Shown one piece after another: positions 1 to 10,847 of a stretch of 45,984 nucleotides of DNA. The DNA is from Chromera velia (taxonomy: Eukaryota): assembly GCA_018398765.1 (NCBI GenBank), contig JAHBMJ010000520.1, positions 1 to 45,984 on the forward strand, written 5' to 3'. Every line of letters starts with the position of its first letter. Position 1 is the stretch's first letter. Below the pieces are notes generated by a model that worked only from the letters and a program-made list of their open reading frames with translations, ran no database searches and was not told the DNA's origin. Both the position numbers and the translations under genes were made by a program.

Positions 1-84
1 AACATTCAAAATGATGTTTAGAACACGTTTGAATACTTCTTGAGGGAGGTTACTTTATTTTTAAGGGGGGTCAAAAAAGGTTAC
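1..84 (-). mobile_element. Fragment of the same MITE family as 23516-24088, in reverse orientation, truncated by the solo LTR
   Basis: The reverse complement of 1-84 aligns without gaps to 23744-23827 (gtaacctttttt gacc...tccctcaagaag.attcaaacgt.ttctaaacatc.ttttgaatgtt). Confidence 0.85.
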
Positions 85-428
85 CGTAAGGAGGTAGCTC
101 CTCTTCTCCTAAGTGAGCGCACTTAGTTAGGTTAGATCTCTACTACGGAAAGTCTGTCAGTGCAAGGTTCACTTCCAAACTGCTTCTAGAAGCTTTGCAA
201 GCAACTGTTGTTTACTCAATCCAGGCTATACGCAGCTGACTGAATTAATTCCACTTTATTTCTATTTTATTTAATTCTCTTCTAATACAGACTGGCATGG
301 CGGCGCCTCCATAAGCCTGCGTGCATGTGTTGGTCTCTGAGCTGCGGGCGTCCCGTGCGGCGGTGGTGCGCGTTAGTTCGGCTCACCCCGGGATTGGCCG
401 GTCCCATGGCTCGCCTCACTATGTTACG
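85..428 (-). mobile_element. Solo LTR (344 bp) of the chromovirus family seen at 44992-45984
   Basis: Ungapped match to 44992-45335 with about 7 substitutions. Termini are CGTAAG...GTTACG. No internal retroelement sequence on either side. Confidence 0.92.
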
Positions 429-1260
429 GTAATCGGGTCTGAAGTCTACCTGATGCACACATATTTGGCATACATTCAGCTGTTCGGGGCCGGGTTTTTG
501 CCGAAAGACAGCGTGCACGCGTGCATGCATGCATCTGACGTAAGCAAGCTTGCGAACGGCCCCGGAAAGCAAGAAAAATGAGAACTTCACGATTGACGCA
601 CGCCGGCCAGCCGACCGGGCAGTCGCGCCGACCCCCCCCCCTGTGGGAAAAGCTGTAGAACCCCCCCTCCCCCAGGAAAAAAGCCCGGGGATGCAGCCTG
701 TCGCTTTCTGGGGCCACTGACGCACGTATGCATGACAACGCATACTTTTTTGGTGGTCGCCGCAAAATCGGGTAATCGGGTTTGAAGTCTACCTAACGCA
801 CGCACATTTGGCGCACATTCAGCCTTTCGGGACCAGGTTTTTACCGAGAGACAGCGTGCACGCGTGCATGCATGTACGTGGGCTAGGGTATCTGACGCAA
901 GCAAGCTTGCGAACGGCCCCGGAAAGCAAGAAAAATGAGAACTTCACGATTGACGTACGCCAGCCAGCCGACCAGGCGGTCGTGCCGACCCCCCCCCCAT
1001 GGGAAAAGCCGCAGAACCCCCCCTCCCCCAGGAAAAAAGCCCAAAGATGCAGCCTGTTGCTTTCCGGGGCTACTGACGCACGCATGCATGACGATGCGCG
1101 GGTTTATGCACGCTTTTGTGGTAGAAAGTTATGGTCATCGCAAAATCGAGTAATCAGGTCTAAAGTCCACCTAACACACATACATTTGGTGTACATTCAA
1201 CCTTTCGGGGCCGGGTTTTTGCCGAAAGACAGCGTGCATGCATGCATGTGGGCTGGGGTA
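429..1260. repeat. Tandem repeat with a ~345-380 bp unit (about 2.3 copies), GC-rich, with TGCATGCA palindromes; probably transposon-derived
   Basis: Units start gtaatc(g/a)ggt(c/t)t(g/a)aagtc at about 429, 772 and 1150. They share blocks such as gcaagcttgcgaacggccccggaaagcaagaaaaatgagaacttcacgattgacg. Confidence 0.85.
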
Positions 1261-1469
1261 TTTCTGTTTTCTAAGTGCCCCCCGCTTCGCTTTCCGGGGC
1301 TATTTCTGTTTTCTAAGTGCCCCCCGCTTCGCTTTCCGGGGCCACGTGGGCTGGGGTATTTCTGTTTTCTAAGTGCCCCCCGCTTCGCTTTCCGGGGCCA
1401 CAGCGTGCACGCACGTGGGCTGGGGTATTTTTGTTTTGTAAGTGCCCCCCGCTTCGCTTTCCGGGGCCA
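1248..1469. repeat. Short tandem repeat (~42-65 bp unit, 4 copies)
   Basis: The core tatttctgttttctaagtgccccccgcttcgctttccggggc recurs four times. Confidence 0.9.
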
Positions 1470-1591
1470 TTGAACGCGAGCTTGCATGCATGCATGGCCC
1501 CCGAGCTAAATCATTGCAGATGGCGCAGTAGAGTCTCACCAGGACAGGCGCTTTGGGGAAAGGATCAGATACAAAAGTGTACGTCAGCGCC

Positions 1592-2391
1592 ATGCTCGGC
1601 TTTATTCTTTTGTTCATTGTGTCTCTGAGCAGTGGGGATGGGTTCCGGTCGTTGCTGCAGTGCTCTACAAGGGGAGCAATGGTGCAGAGGGGAAGGAGAC
1701 GGCACGAGACGGCGTCTCCTCTCGACGCATTGTTCCACCCCCCCTGCCATCCTGCAGGCCATTCCGTGCTTCAGAGAGGGTTATCATCGACCCTGCGTTC
1801 GATCCCTTCCACTCGGGAGACCGCAAGGGAAGAGCTGGAACGACGGCACAGGACAAACCAACCCGTCTCCGGCTTACAGCTGCTCTTCGACCCCCTCTTT
1901 GAATTTGTCTTCAGGAGGAAGTTGGCAGAGGCCGCAGGGGGGCAGGACGACCCAGACCCTTCTTTCAAAGGAATGTCAGTTTCTTTGTCTGTGAATGCCG
2001 GGGTCCTCCCCACCTGCTTTTTGGTTTGTCTTTCTGCGTACGTGCGACCTTGTAGAAGCGCTCTGCTGCATCACAAGAATATGGCACCCAGCGGCAAATG
2101 GCTCTTCCGAGCTTTGAGTTGCAGTGAGTGTGAGCAGACTTCAGAACATCCTCATGGCGAAGACCCGAATGTTACATCTGCCTCCCCGATTGATCGATTG
2201 CGTGAATGATACCCGAGTGCATGAAGGGTGTGGACGGTGGTACGGGTTGGCTTGAGTGAGGGATAGGGTTGCTGGAAGAGGTGGCTGAAGTAGATGTGTG
2301 TGTCTCCTTCTGCACCACATACGTTTGTGTGTGCATTGCGTAGAATGATAGGGGGGGAGACGGGGTGGGAAGAGTGAAGTTAAAGTGGTAT

Positions 2392-2461
<70 letters not shown>

Positions 2462-5400
2462 TTCTATGTTCACGCAGCATGAATCTCTGTCGACGAATTC
2501 TTCGCCAGCACCCTCCATCCTCCTCCCTGCCTTCTGGGCCATCCAGTCGATTGAGAGAGAGAGAAAAGCAATCGAAAGAGGAAGAGGACGACGAAGGACG
2601 AAGACAGCAGAAGGAGTTGCCCGAGGCGTCAGCGAAGTCTCTTTCTGTTCTCGTCAGTCAGTCCTAGCTCGTACATTGAGGATGCATGCCCCTTGGCATG
2701 TTTTGGAAGGCATAAAGCCATTTGAGAAAAAGCGGGATTCGGCAGTATCCCCCCTATTAACGCTTTTGCGCTTTTGGATGCCGCCTCAAAGTTCTGTTCT
2801 GTTCTGCATGTGTGAAAGAGTGAAAGAAGGACCTGAGGGTGGCTGGCCTGATCGCTCGTCGAACTCAGTCATGGAAACACCGCCGTCTGGTTTTCTCAAA
2901 TGTCGCCTATGACGTGCCTCAACAAGTGCTGCCTGTGATAAAATCCGGGGGGGGGGGGAGGAATAGGAACACCCAGAACGAGAGGAAGACCGACAGATCC
3001 CCCCAAATTCTGCTGACTCCTTTTCGAAGGACCCTCGAACCTGTATACTCACGGAGATTTTTCGTCTCAGGCGGGCATGTGAGCGAAAAGTGAATGATGA
3101 AGGAGAGACGGAGAGATTGATTGTGCAAACGAACAAGCCAACAAGTAAGCGCATGAGTGAATGAATGAATGAATGAATGAATGGATCAACCAACGCATCC
3201 TCGAATGCATCCATACAGGTGGGTCTCTTCCCTCCCGTGATCGCATTTCTCTTCAAGCTGTGGATCTCTCAGCCGTTCCCCTTCTTCTCCGCAAGAATGA
3301 ACGCAGCGGTTACACAGGTCCGCCTTCTGTTTCTTTCCGGCATTTCCTTTTTTCTTTTGAGGTACGTACGTCTGCTTTGTTTTATACTCGTGTTTGCATC
3401 TTTTCTTCTTTTTCTTCAAGGCGCGTCTTTTCTTTCATGTCTAATTCGAGCTGTTATCCTTGCTGAAATGCAGTCTCCATGGGTGGAGCAGACTCAGTGG
3501 TACCTTTCCTTTGACCATGTATACGCATGCGCGCTCTCCCTCTCTCTCTTTTGCACACACACACACACACACATACACACACACCTTCAGTCAGTCAGTC
3601 AGTCAGTGCAGTTTAAGCACCCTCTCCACTCACTCTCTCACTGACTGCAAACGCGCCTGCAGGCCTGCACTCGTTGGTTGATGGGTGACTCTGAGGTGTT
3701 TGACGTCTCTGCAGAGGATCTGCAGATTCCCTTGAAGAGACTGGAGCAGCGACACGCAGAGGAAGGGCGTGCGCCTGATTGCTCATCTCCTGCCCCTTCC
3801 CTGTCTCCGTCTTCCGGCGTTGAAGCAGTGTCGCCGTCTCCTCCATCTCCTCCGTTGGTGCTGAAGACAGACGGAAGGACTTGCTCAGGAGTGGCTGCCC
3901 TCGACTTGAAGGGAAGGGGAAGGAGGGATAAAAGTCCTGGGGGAGACGGGGGGGCAGAAGGGGGCGAGACGGCTGTCTCTGAAGGAGCGGGAAGGGGAAG
4001 GGGGCTGCTGGTGAGACGGTGCAAGTTCCTGGAGGAGAGCGGGTTCGTTCGTCAGTCTGTCCGTTCGTGTGTCCGAGAATTGTGTATAGACGATTGAAAT
4101 GATGTTCATGCACGTGGCATCGTCTCTCTCTTTCCGTTCCTTTTTTCTTTCTTTTCTTTGCTTTTAATGTCTTTTTTTTCTCTCTTTTTCTCTCTTTCGC
4201 TCTCGCTTATTCCTGTTTTCAATCCTTCCTTCTTTCCTTCCTTCCCCCCTTCCCTTCTTTCTTCCTCACTTTGTTTCGTCCTTCCTTTCTCCCTTCCTTC
4301 CTCTCTACCTTCCGTCCTTCGATTCTTCCTTCCTTCGTTCCCCCTTTTCCTCCTTCTTTCCTTCGTGGTCTCTGGATTGCTCTCTCCCTCCCTCCCTCCT
4401 TCTCCATGTATCTATGCTCTCTATGTGTGTATCTGTATATTACAAACGATGCACATGACTGTATACATGTATGCACATATATGTATGCATACTTTTGCTG
4501 TTACTCTACTGGTGACCGTGTTTCTTTCTGAGTACGTGTGCGTGGCACTAGACCATGTGCTTTGTCTCAAACGCCTTTGTGTTTGCGACTGGGCGTGCTT
4601 GCCTCTTTGGTTCACAAGCGTGTCTTGTCCAAACGTGTCAGGGTATGTGTGTGTCTCGAGGAAGGGAGGAAAGTCCCTTCCAGTGATTGAGTGAGGGAAT
4701 GAGTGGGGGAAAGATGGAGGACACAGGAACGCGTGTAAGGCCGGATGCCTGCCTGCATGCCTGCGCGTGCGTCAGTGCAAGATCTCCTGACTGTCATGTC
4801 TTCTAGGTAATTTGGCAGTGAGGTGGGGGGCATTACGGAGGTATGAGATATTTTCGAGGAAGCCCTTTTAAATTTCCTTTTCGCTGTATGTGTGTGCAGG
4901 TGTGTGTCGGTTTGCGTAAATTTATGCAAGAGGCCAACTGAGGCATTCTTCAAGTCAGTCTGGTGCTTCGAGGACATTGCCTTCTTCCTGCTTTCTTCCT
5001 TGTTCTTCTTGCTATGAGTTCTCAGCGTTTTCCTCTCAGAGTGACAGAAGAAATGAATGTGCCAAATGAGTGGTCCTGCTCTCGGACGAATCTTGTTTTT
5101 GTCTTCTCTCCTGCTTCGGTGCTGGCATCTCTGGGGTGTTTCTGCCTGTTGAGGCCAAGCAAGAGCCAATCGCTGTGGCCGAGTCCGAACATAACTTGTT
5201 CAAAGAGCTTTAGCAAGAAACTTAGGGAATTAATGTTGCAGACTCCTCTTACTACCAATGCTCGCAATCTTTCTCGACTTTGAGTCATGGCGAAGTTTCG
5301 CACTGAAAGAAATGCCCCCAACTCGCCACAATCCTCTCCATCTCTTTCTCTTTGTCTGTGTGAAAGCTCGCCTCATCAGCGCATCATCTTTTTGTTTCTC

Positions 5401-5784
5401 TTTGTTTTTGTATGCATGACTTTGTCTCAAAACCTCCTGTTGTACCGAAATGCGTGTCGATCTGTTTCAGCCTTCTTACCTAAGGCTTTGACGCTGTGTC
5501 TCTGACGCTCATTTTCGAATGTGATGGTATGATCTGGTGACTTCCTGTTAGGTGTAGCACCCCCCCACCATCCAACATCCCTCCCTCGTATTAATCTCTC
5601 TTTTCCTGTACGCAGGGACACCCTTGGATTGGATGTGTGGATGCGGCCTGACTACTCGGATCTGTCCTGCACCTTCCTTTTCGGTGTCGCCCCTCCAGAC
5701 CCAGCAGAGGACGATGCGTTCGATTCCACGTGTTTTCAGCACTGTTCCCTCGCTACCGCCGCGGTTCGTGCAGTGCAATACTGA
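1592..5784 (+). CDS. D27-like: D27-like beta-carotene isomerase (DWARF27 family), 6 exons: 1592-1974, 2478-2652, 3219-3317, 3663-4042, 4900-4953, 5616-5784; 419 aa; predicted signal plus plastid transit peptide
   Basis: All introns are GT-AG with consistent phases; the CDS totals 1260 nt. The spliced protein has D27 hallmarks: FEFVFRRKLAE...SFKGIMNL; GLFPPVIAFLFKLWISQPFPFFSARMNAAVTQACTRWLMGDSEV; GLLVRRCKFLEESGCVSVCVNLCKRPTEAFFKDTLGLDVWMRPDYSDLSCTFLFGVAPP. The N-terminus is MLGFILLFIVSLSSGDG-F. Confidence 0.9.
2393..2460. repeat. (GT)n microsatellite in D27 intron 1
   Basis: About 34 GT units with one interruption, just upstream of the acceptor at 2476-2477. Confidence 0.95.
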
Positions 5785-6104
5785 AACAAATGAAAGTATT
5801 TATCTTTAAATGGACCACTTACGGTCACTGATGATAATGATAAAAAACATAAAAAGAATTAAATCAGATATAAATCCATATCTATTTTTTAGATATAGTA
5901 TAGACTCAATGTGCCTTTAAAACTAAGAAAACGTTTCAGTCTCATACTTGCGTTTAATAAACTTTAAGTTGAAGAACTGGATTGAACGATTATAAACTCA
6001 ATATTTCTAGCAATATTTTTTGTTTACAATATCCGATTCAATATTCTTACCGGAGCCTTCTCTAATTTTATCCCGCCCCGCTGCCACCCGCACGTTTTAT
6101 TCTA

Positions 6105-6761
6105 GGCGGTGGCTAGAGGAAAAAAAAAAAAGTAGACGATTTAATTGGAAAGATCTTTTTTTTTTTTCTTTTTTACTTTTTGACCCTGAACAACACTTGA
6201 CAACAGTTGTGCAACACAGAAACAACACTTGTGCAACAGTTTGATTGATTGATGATTGATTGATATGTTCCATCCTAGGGCCTTCCCGCTATGTCTATCT
6301 GTCGCCAGAGCTAGCAGGGCGGGGCGTTCCCCAGCCTAAGCTGAGGTATCAGACCCCACCCTCGGGGCCCGCCAGAGTCTGTTGCCCTGGCCGCTGCTGC
6401 ATGATTGTTCGTTGTTCGAGCCACGGCTCTGGATCCGCGTTGGCTTTTCGGCCTGAAAATCGATCTGAAACGGCATGTGATTTGGGCTTCCTCACTCTTT
6501 TTGTTTGCTTTATCAATCTTCTTCTGCGGCTCCCTCCTTCCCCACCCTAACGCTCCTTCGGTCGTCTCTGAGTTATCAATTGTCTCCTCATATTCTTTTG
6601 TTAATCTCCCAATCGCCTGCTGCCTTCCGGTGATTCCTTCATATTTGTCTAATTTTTTTGTTAGGTCTTGAACAGTTGAACAACAGTTGTTTGACTGAAA
6701 AAGAAAAAAAAAAATAGGCAATCTAGTGAGATTTTTTTTTTTTTTTCTTCTAGCCGGCGCC
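6105..6761. mobile_element. MITE-like non-autonomous DNA transposon with imperfect TIRs, flanked by TA in a cTAg context
   Basis: Left end cTA|GGCGGTGGCTAGAGGAAAAAAAAAAA; right end TTTTTTTTTCTTCTAGCCGGCGCC|TAg. Mirrored A/T tracts and aacagttg motifs lie subterminally on both sides. Confidence 0.7.
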
Positions 6762-7447
6762 TAGGTTTTATTGCATCTAGTATTGCATATGTCTTGCACT
6801 TGGCCCTGCACCTCCTGTCTAACCTATAGTAACAGTTTGAGTAATTTATTTTAACAGATTGATCTTGCTATGACTACTTTATAAATTGTAACGTAAAAAC
6901 TGGTTGCTGCAAACTTATAATAGTTAGTTGGTTGGGTAGGCTGGTATCTTAGTTACAATTTACTCTTGGTATACAAATTAAACTGAGCTCAACACACTTT
7001 GTAATTTTTCTAGTCATACTGTCACACACTCTCTCCTCTTCTTTCTGGAATTCTTCCACTGTAGCATTTATTCAACTTTATTACCGCAAACGATCTCTCT
7101 TATACCCGGAACGCTACTTTCCTTTTGTGTTCACCCCTAAGCCCACCTTTTGATTTAACCATTGTGTGATAACCAGAATCTCATCAATTTCGATCAAATT
7201 GATTTTTTATATAAAACCTAATATAAAACTAAGTATCAACAGGCTTCAAATTTCTTAAAAAAAGATGAAATTCTGATGAATAAACGAGCAATTAAACCTG
7301 GACTCACCTAATATTTTCACATGGTATCAAAAGCACCAGTGCCGAAAACCAAAATCTCTCCCCTTTACAACGCTGAAGTGCCGAAAGATACGGTGTTTAA
7401 CAGCCCTGGTTGACAGACAGAAACTCGATTATTTTTCTTCAAGTTGA

Positions 7448-10400
7448 TCAGCAACCTACGTCTCTAGTTTTTTCAAGAGAAGGCTGCTGTGTTGCATTTT
7501 CTCTGAAGTTGTTCCGATTTGGACACGGCGATGCAATTCCAAGAGGCTCTGCTTCTCCTTCCTGAGTCTGTGTGCTTGCAGTTGGTGCCTGCGCGGCTTC
7601 CCCTTGAAACTCACGGATTTCAGTGGAGGACACGCCCACAAGACCAAAGAGAGAGCCAGAAGACTCAGAGAGCACCACACAGGCAGACAGACGGAGGCTT
7701 GAAAGAGCTGCCAGCAGTGCCCTTCTCTGCTCCCTGCCCAGGTCACGCACCTCCCGCCTCAGTCTCCCAGAGCCCAACAAAGAGGGAACCAGCTCGGATC
7801 CTTCAAATCTGAGCAGATCCCGTCACAAGTTTTTAGAACATTCATGTGAAGACACAACGAGCACAGCTAGGGGGGTCGTTGTGTAGAATGGTTGGCGGGT
7901 CACTTCCTTAAATTGTTCTTCCGTCCCTTCCGCCTTTCCTCCCCACTTTCTGAATTTTTCCCACTGTTTTGCTTTCTTCTCTATGTTTCTTCTGTTGTTC
8001 CATGCTTCCTTCTGCTCGCTCTAAACGGAAAGGAAAGGTAGCCGCCACCCAGCCAAAGAGAGAAAGACACGGACCGACTGCCGGTAGACAGATTGATATG
8101 GGACCTTTTCGACCGACCGTGCAGTGAAGGTGCGCAGATCCGATGGTTGCACCTGCGGAACTTCTTCCTGATCAAAAAGCGAGGCGTCAGAGGGGCTCTT
8201 GCCCGAAGAGAAAAGAGGTCTGCAAATGTGGAGGGGGAGTCCATCAGACAGGGAGCGCAGGACAGCTAGAGGAATGAATACTGCAGTTCAGTTCAGAGTA
8301 CGGGTCTGATTCAAATTGGAACAGAGAGAGAGGAAGGGGAGCGGGTACGTTGAGGAAAGGATTGACAAAAAGGAAGAAAGGAGGGCAGAACAAACGAGAA
8401 AATGCAGGATGGAAAGAAAAGAGAGCCAGAGCGCGAGAAAAGTAGGGAGAATCGCATCTTGTTCATGAAAAACAGAGAGAAGAGGCAGCAATTGACCGGA
8501 CCAAGGAGAACCAAGGGAAGCATTCAAATGAAGTGACTGACTGACTGAATTTCTTCTTCAAAAACCCGTTCACCGATGGCCTTCCTGAGGAAGGACCAGA
8601 GATGCAGAGATTCCTCTGGCTCCCTCGGTTTCTCTGTTTCTGCCTCTTGAGGAGACCCATTCACAGTTGCCAGTCCAACCTCTGGGCAGAATGAGCGAGG
8701 CACCCCCGTGCAATTCTGGTCCTCTTCTTCTTTCTCTCCCGTAGAGCCCTCCATCCTCTCCCCTTCTACATCACCGGAGGCATTCACATCCTGCTCCTCA
8801 CTCACTCTCATTTCTGCATGGAAGAAAACATTTTGTTCAGCTTGTGTGTACACGATCTTTTTGCATTCATTCTATCCCATGTCTGCATTGGGGTTCAACA
8901 GAATTGGATCACTTGGGTTCCTCCATGAAGAGGCAGTATCGTGTGGATCGTGTACATTTGACGTGTCTGATCACTCACATTCATGTCATGAGTGACTAAA
9001 GTGTCCTAGAAGCTAGCCTCCCGACAGAGGCTCAGGTCGACCCCTGACACACAATCAGACAAAGACTTCTCACAGGAGGGGATCCGAAACTCCGTGCGTG
9101 CAGACTTTTGTGCGGTGAATGAATGTGCAGGGGCAATGGGGCTGTTTTCTGGGTTGCACACGCGCATCTACTTTCGTCTCCATAGGTGCCCCCCACAACA
9201 GTTGGCTGACATGCACCTGAAGTCGCAAGGCAGGAAAATAAAAAGCAGCGACAAAAGACCAAGCAAGCAGAACAGGAAACACAACGTTCACTTCATTTCC
9301 CTGATGAATGTATACATCGCACAATTTCCCTTTGCCTTACCTGCAGCGATGAGCGAGAGCAGCTCGACTGTAGGGAAGTCCGGAGAGGCCAGTGGGTGAG
9401 AAGGGGGGCACGCGTTCCCGTTTCTCTCCTTTCCCTCTCGACTCGTTGCTTTTCCTTCCAGCCGGGCTTCCTTCTCTCCCCCACACGCTGCTGTTCCTCT
9501 GCACTTTGGTGCGCCCCCGTGCGTCTCTGTCTCCTTCTGTTGTGCCTTTGTGCCTTCTCTTTCCCACCGCTCGACTTCCCGAAGGACTGCAGACTCGAAC
9601 TGTTGGAAGATGGACCATCCTACCATCTGGCACACGCTCATCGGCTTGTGGAAATCGCACAGAAGCCTCTGTCTGCAATGCAGGCAGGAAAGAAAAGGGA
9701 GGAGGAGGGGGAGGGCATATGATCAGATAGGAATTCACAGATTGCTCTGGAAGGTCCTAAAAGAAAAATGACGCACGCAGAGTGTCTTCCTGATGGGCTT
9801 CGGTTGAAAAGGTGGGAATGGTTGCTTGATTCTGCAGATCCGTGTATAATCAATCAAATTCGATGGATTGCTTTCTTTCTTTCCTGTCCTCGAGCTAAGT
9901 CCTAGCCGACCTGGTGATGTCTCTCAAATTGCTTTGCACGCCTTCATCCCCCCCCTGCCGAATCACCCTCCCACCCCGGCCCGACGCGTCCCTGAGGGTC
10001 CCTGTCAAACACCCAAAGGACATGCGGGGAAGGACCAGGCCCATGCTGCAACAGACGGAGGAGAAGAGGGAGGGTTCGTGAAAGAATGAGAGTGTGCGAA
10101 CAGAAGCGGAAAGGGAGACGGCAAAACGGAAGAACTGATTTGTGGGTTTTAGGCAGACAAAAGGAGAAGCATTCCGCATGCAATTTCGCTCTGGCAAGAG
10201 ACAGAAAAACGCACCAGCTTTGCGGCGGGACGGAGATACCAGAGCAAGTGTCAGCATCGGGTTCTCTTGCTATCGGAGGTTATTGCATGACACCGTGTCA
10301 AATAATTTTTATTCCTCCGACGACAAGCAGTTGGTTCTGCGGAACGATGCGTCGCAACAAAAAGGTCACCAGCTACCAACAAAATTTTCATTGCGCTCAC

Positions 10401-10781
10401 TGGCCAATTGTTTTTTCAAACTGATATCTCTACGAAAAAGATTTTTGCTCAGCTTTGTTCTGCTGACACTGGATCTTTCTGCATGACGAAGAAAGAAGTG
10501 AAACCAGGTGGTTGATCCTCTTCTTTCGCCTCTCCGTCCCTTCTGTCTGTCTGCCCTTTTTTCTCCGAGGAGAAGACCGAGACGCGCGCAAGGAAGAAGT
10601 GAGCGGGGTCTCTGCCGAAGTCTCTGTGTCTGTTCAAGAGAGGGTCGAGACACCACTGGAGCACCAGAGGAAAGTCTGAGCATCTGCAGGAAGAAAGGGA
10701 AGAGAGAAGAAGGGAAGGACAGAGGGTGGTGATGATTCTTCCTGTCATACAACGTGTCCTCTCCCTCTCCTCTTCAGGTGT

Positions 10782-10847
<66 letters not shown>

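Noticed and set aside
282..1628. ORFs of 100-221 aa over the LTR and tandem repeats
   Set aside because: They lie wholly in repeats, overlap on both strands and have no domain signatures.
2056..2124. Possible extra D27 exon (tag|AAGCGC...TGCA|gtgagt), and another at about 3474-3518
   Set aside because: Direct splicing 1974>2478 and 3317>3663 already gives in-frame, family-like sequence (FKGIMNL; VTQACTRWLMG). The extra segments add no D27-like residues.
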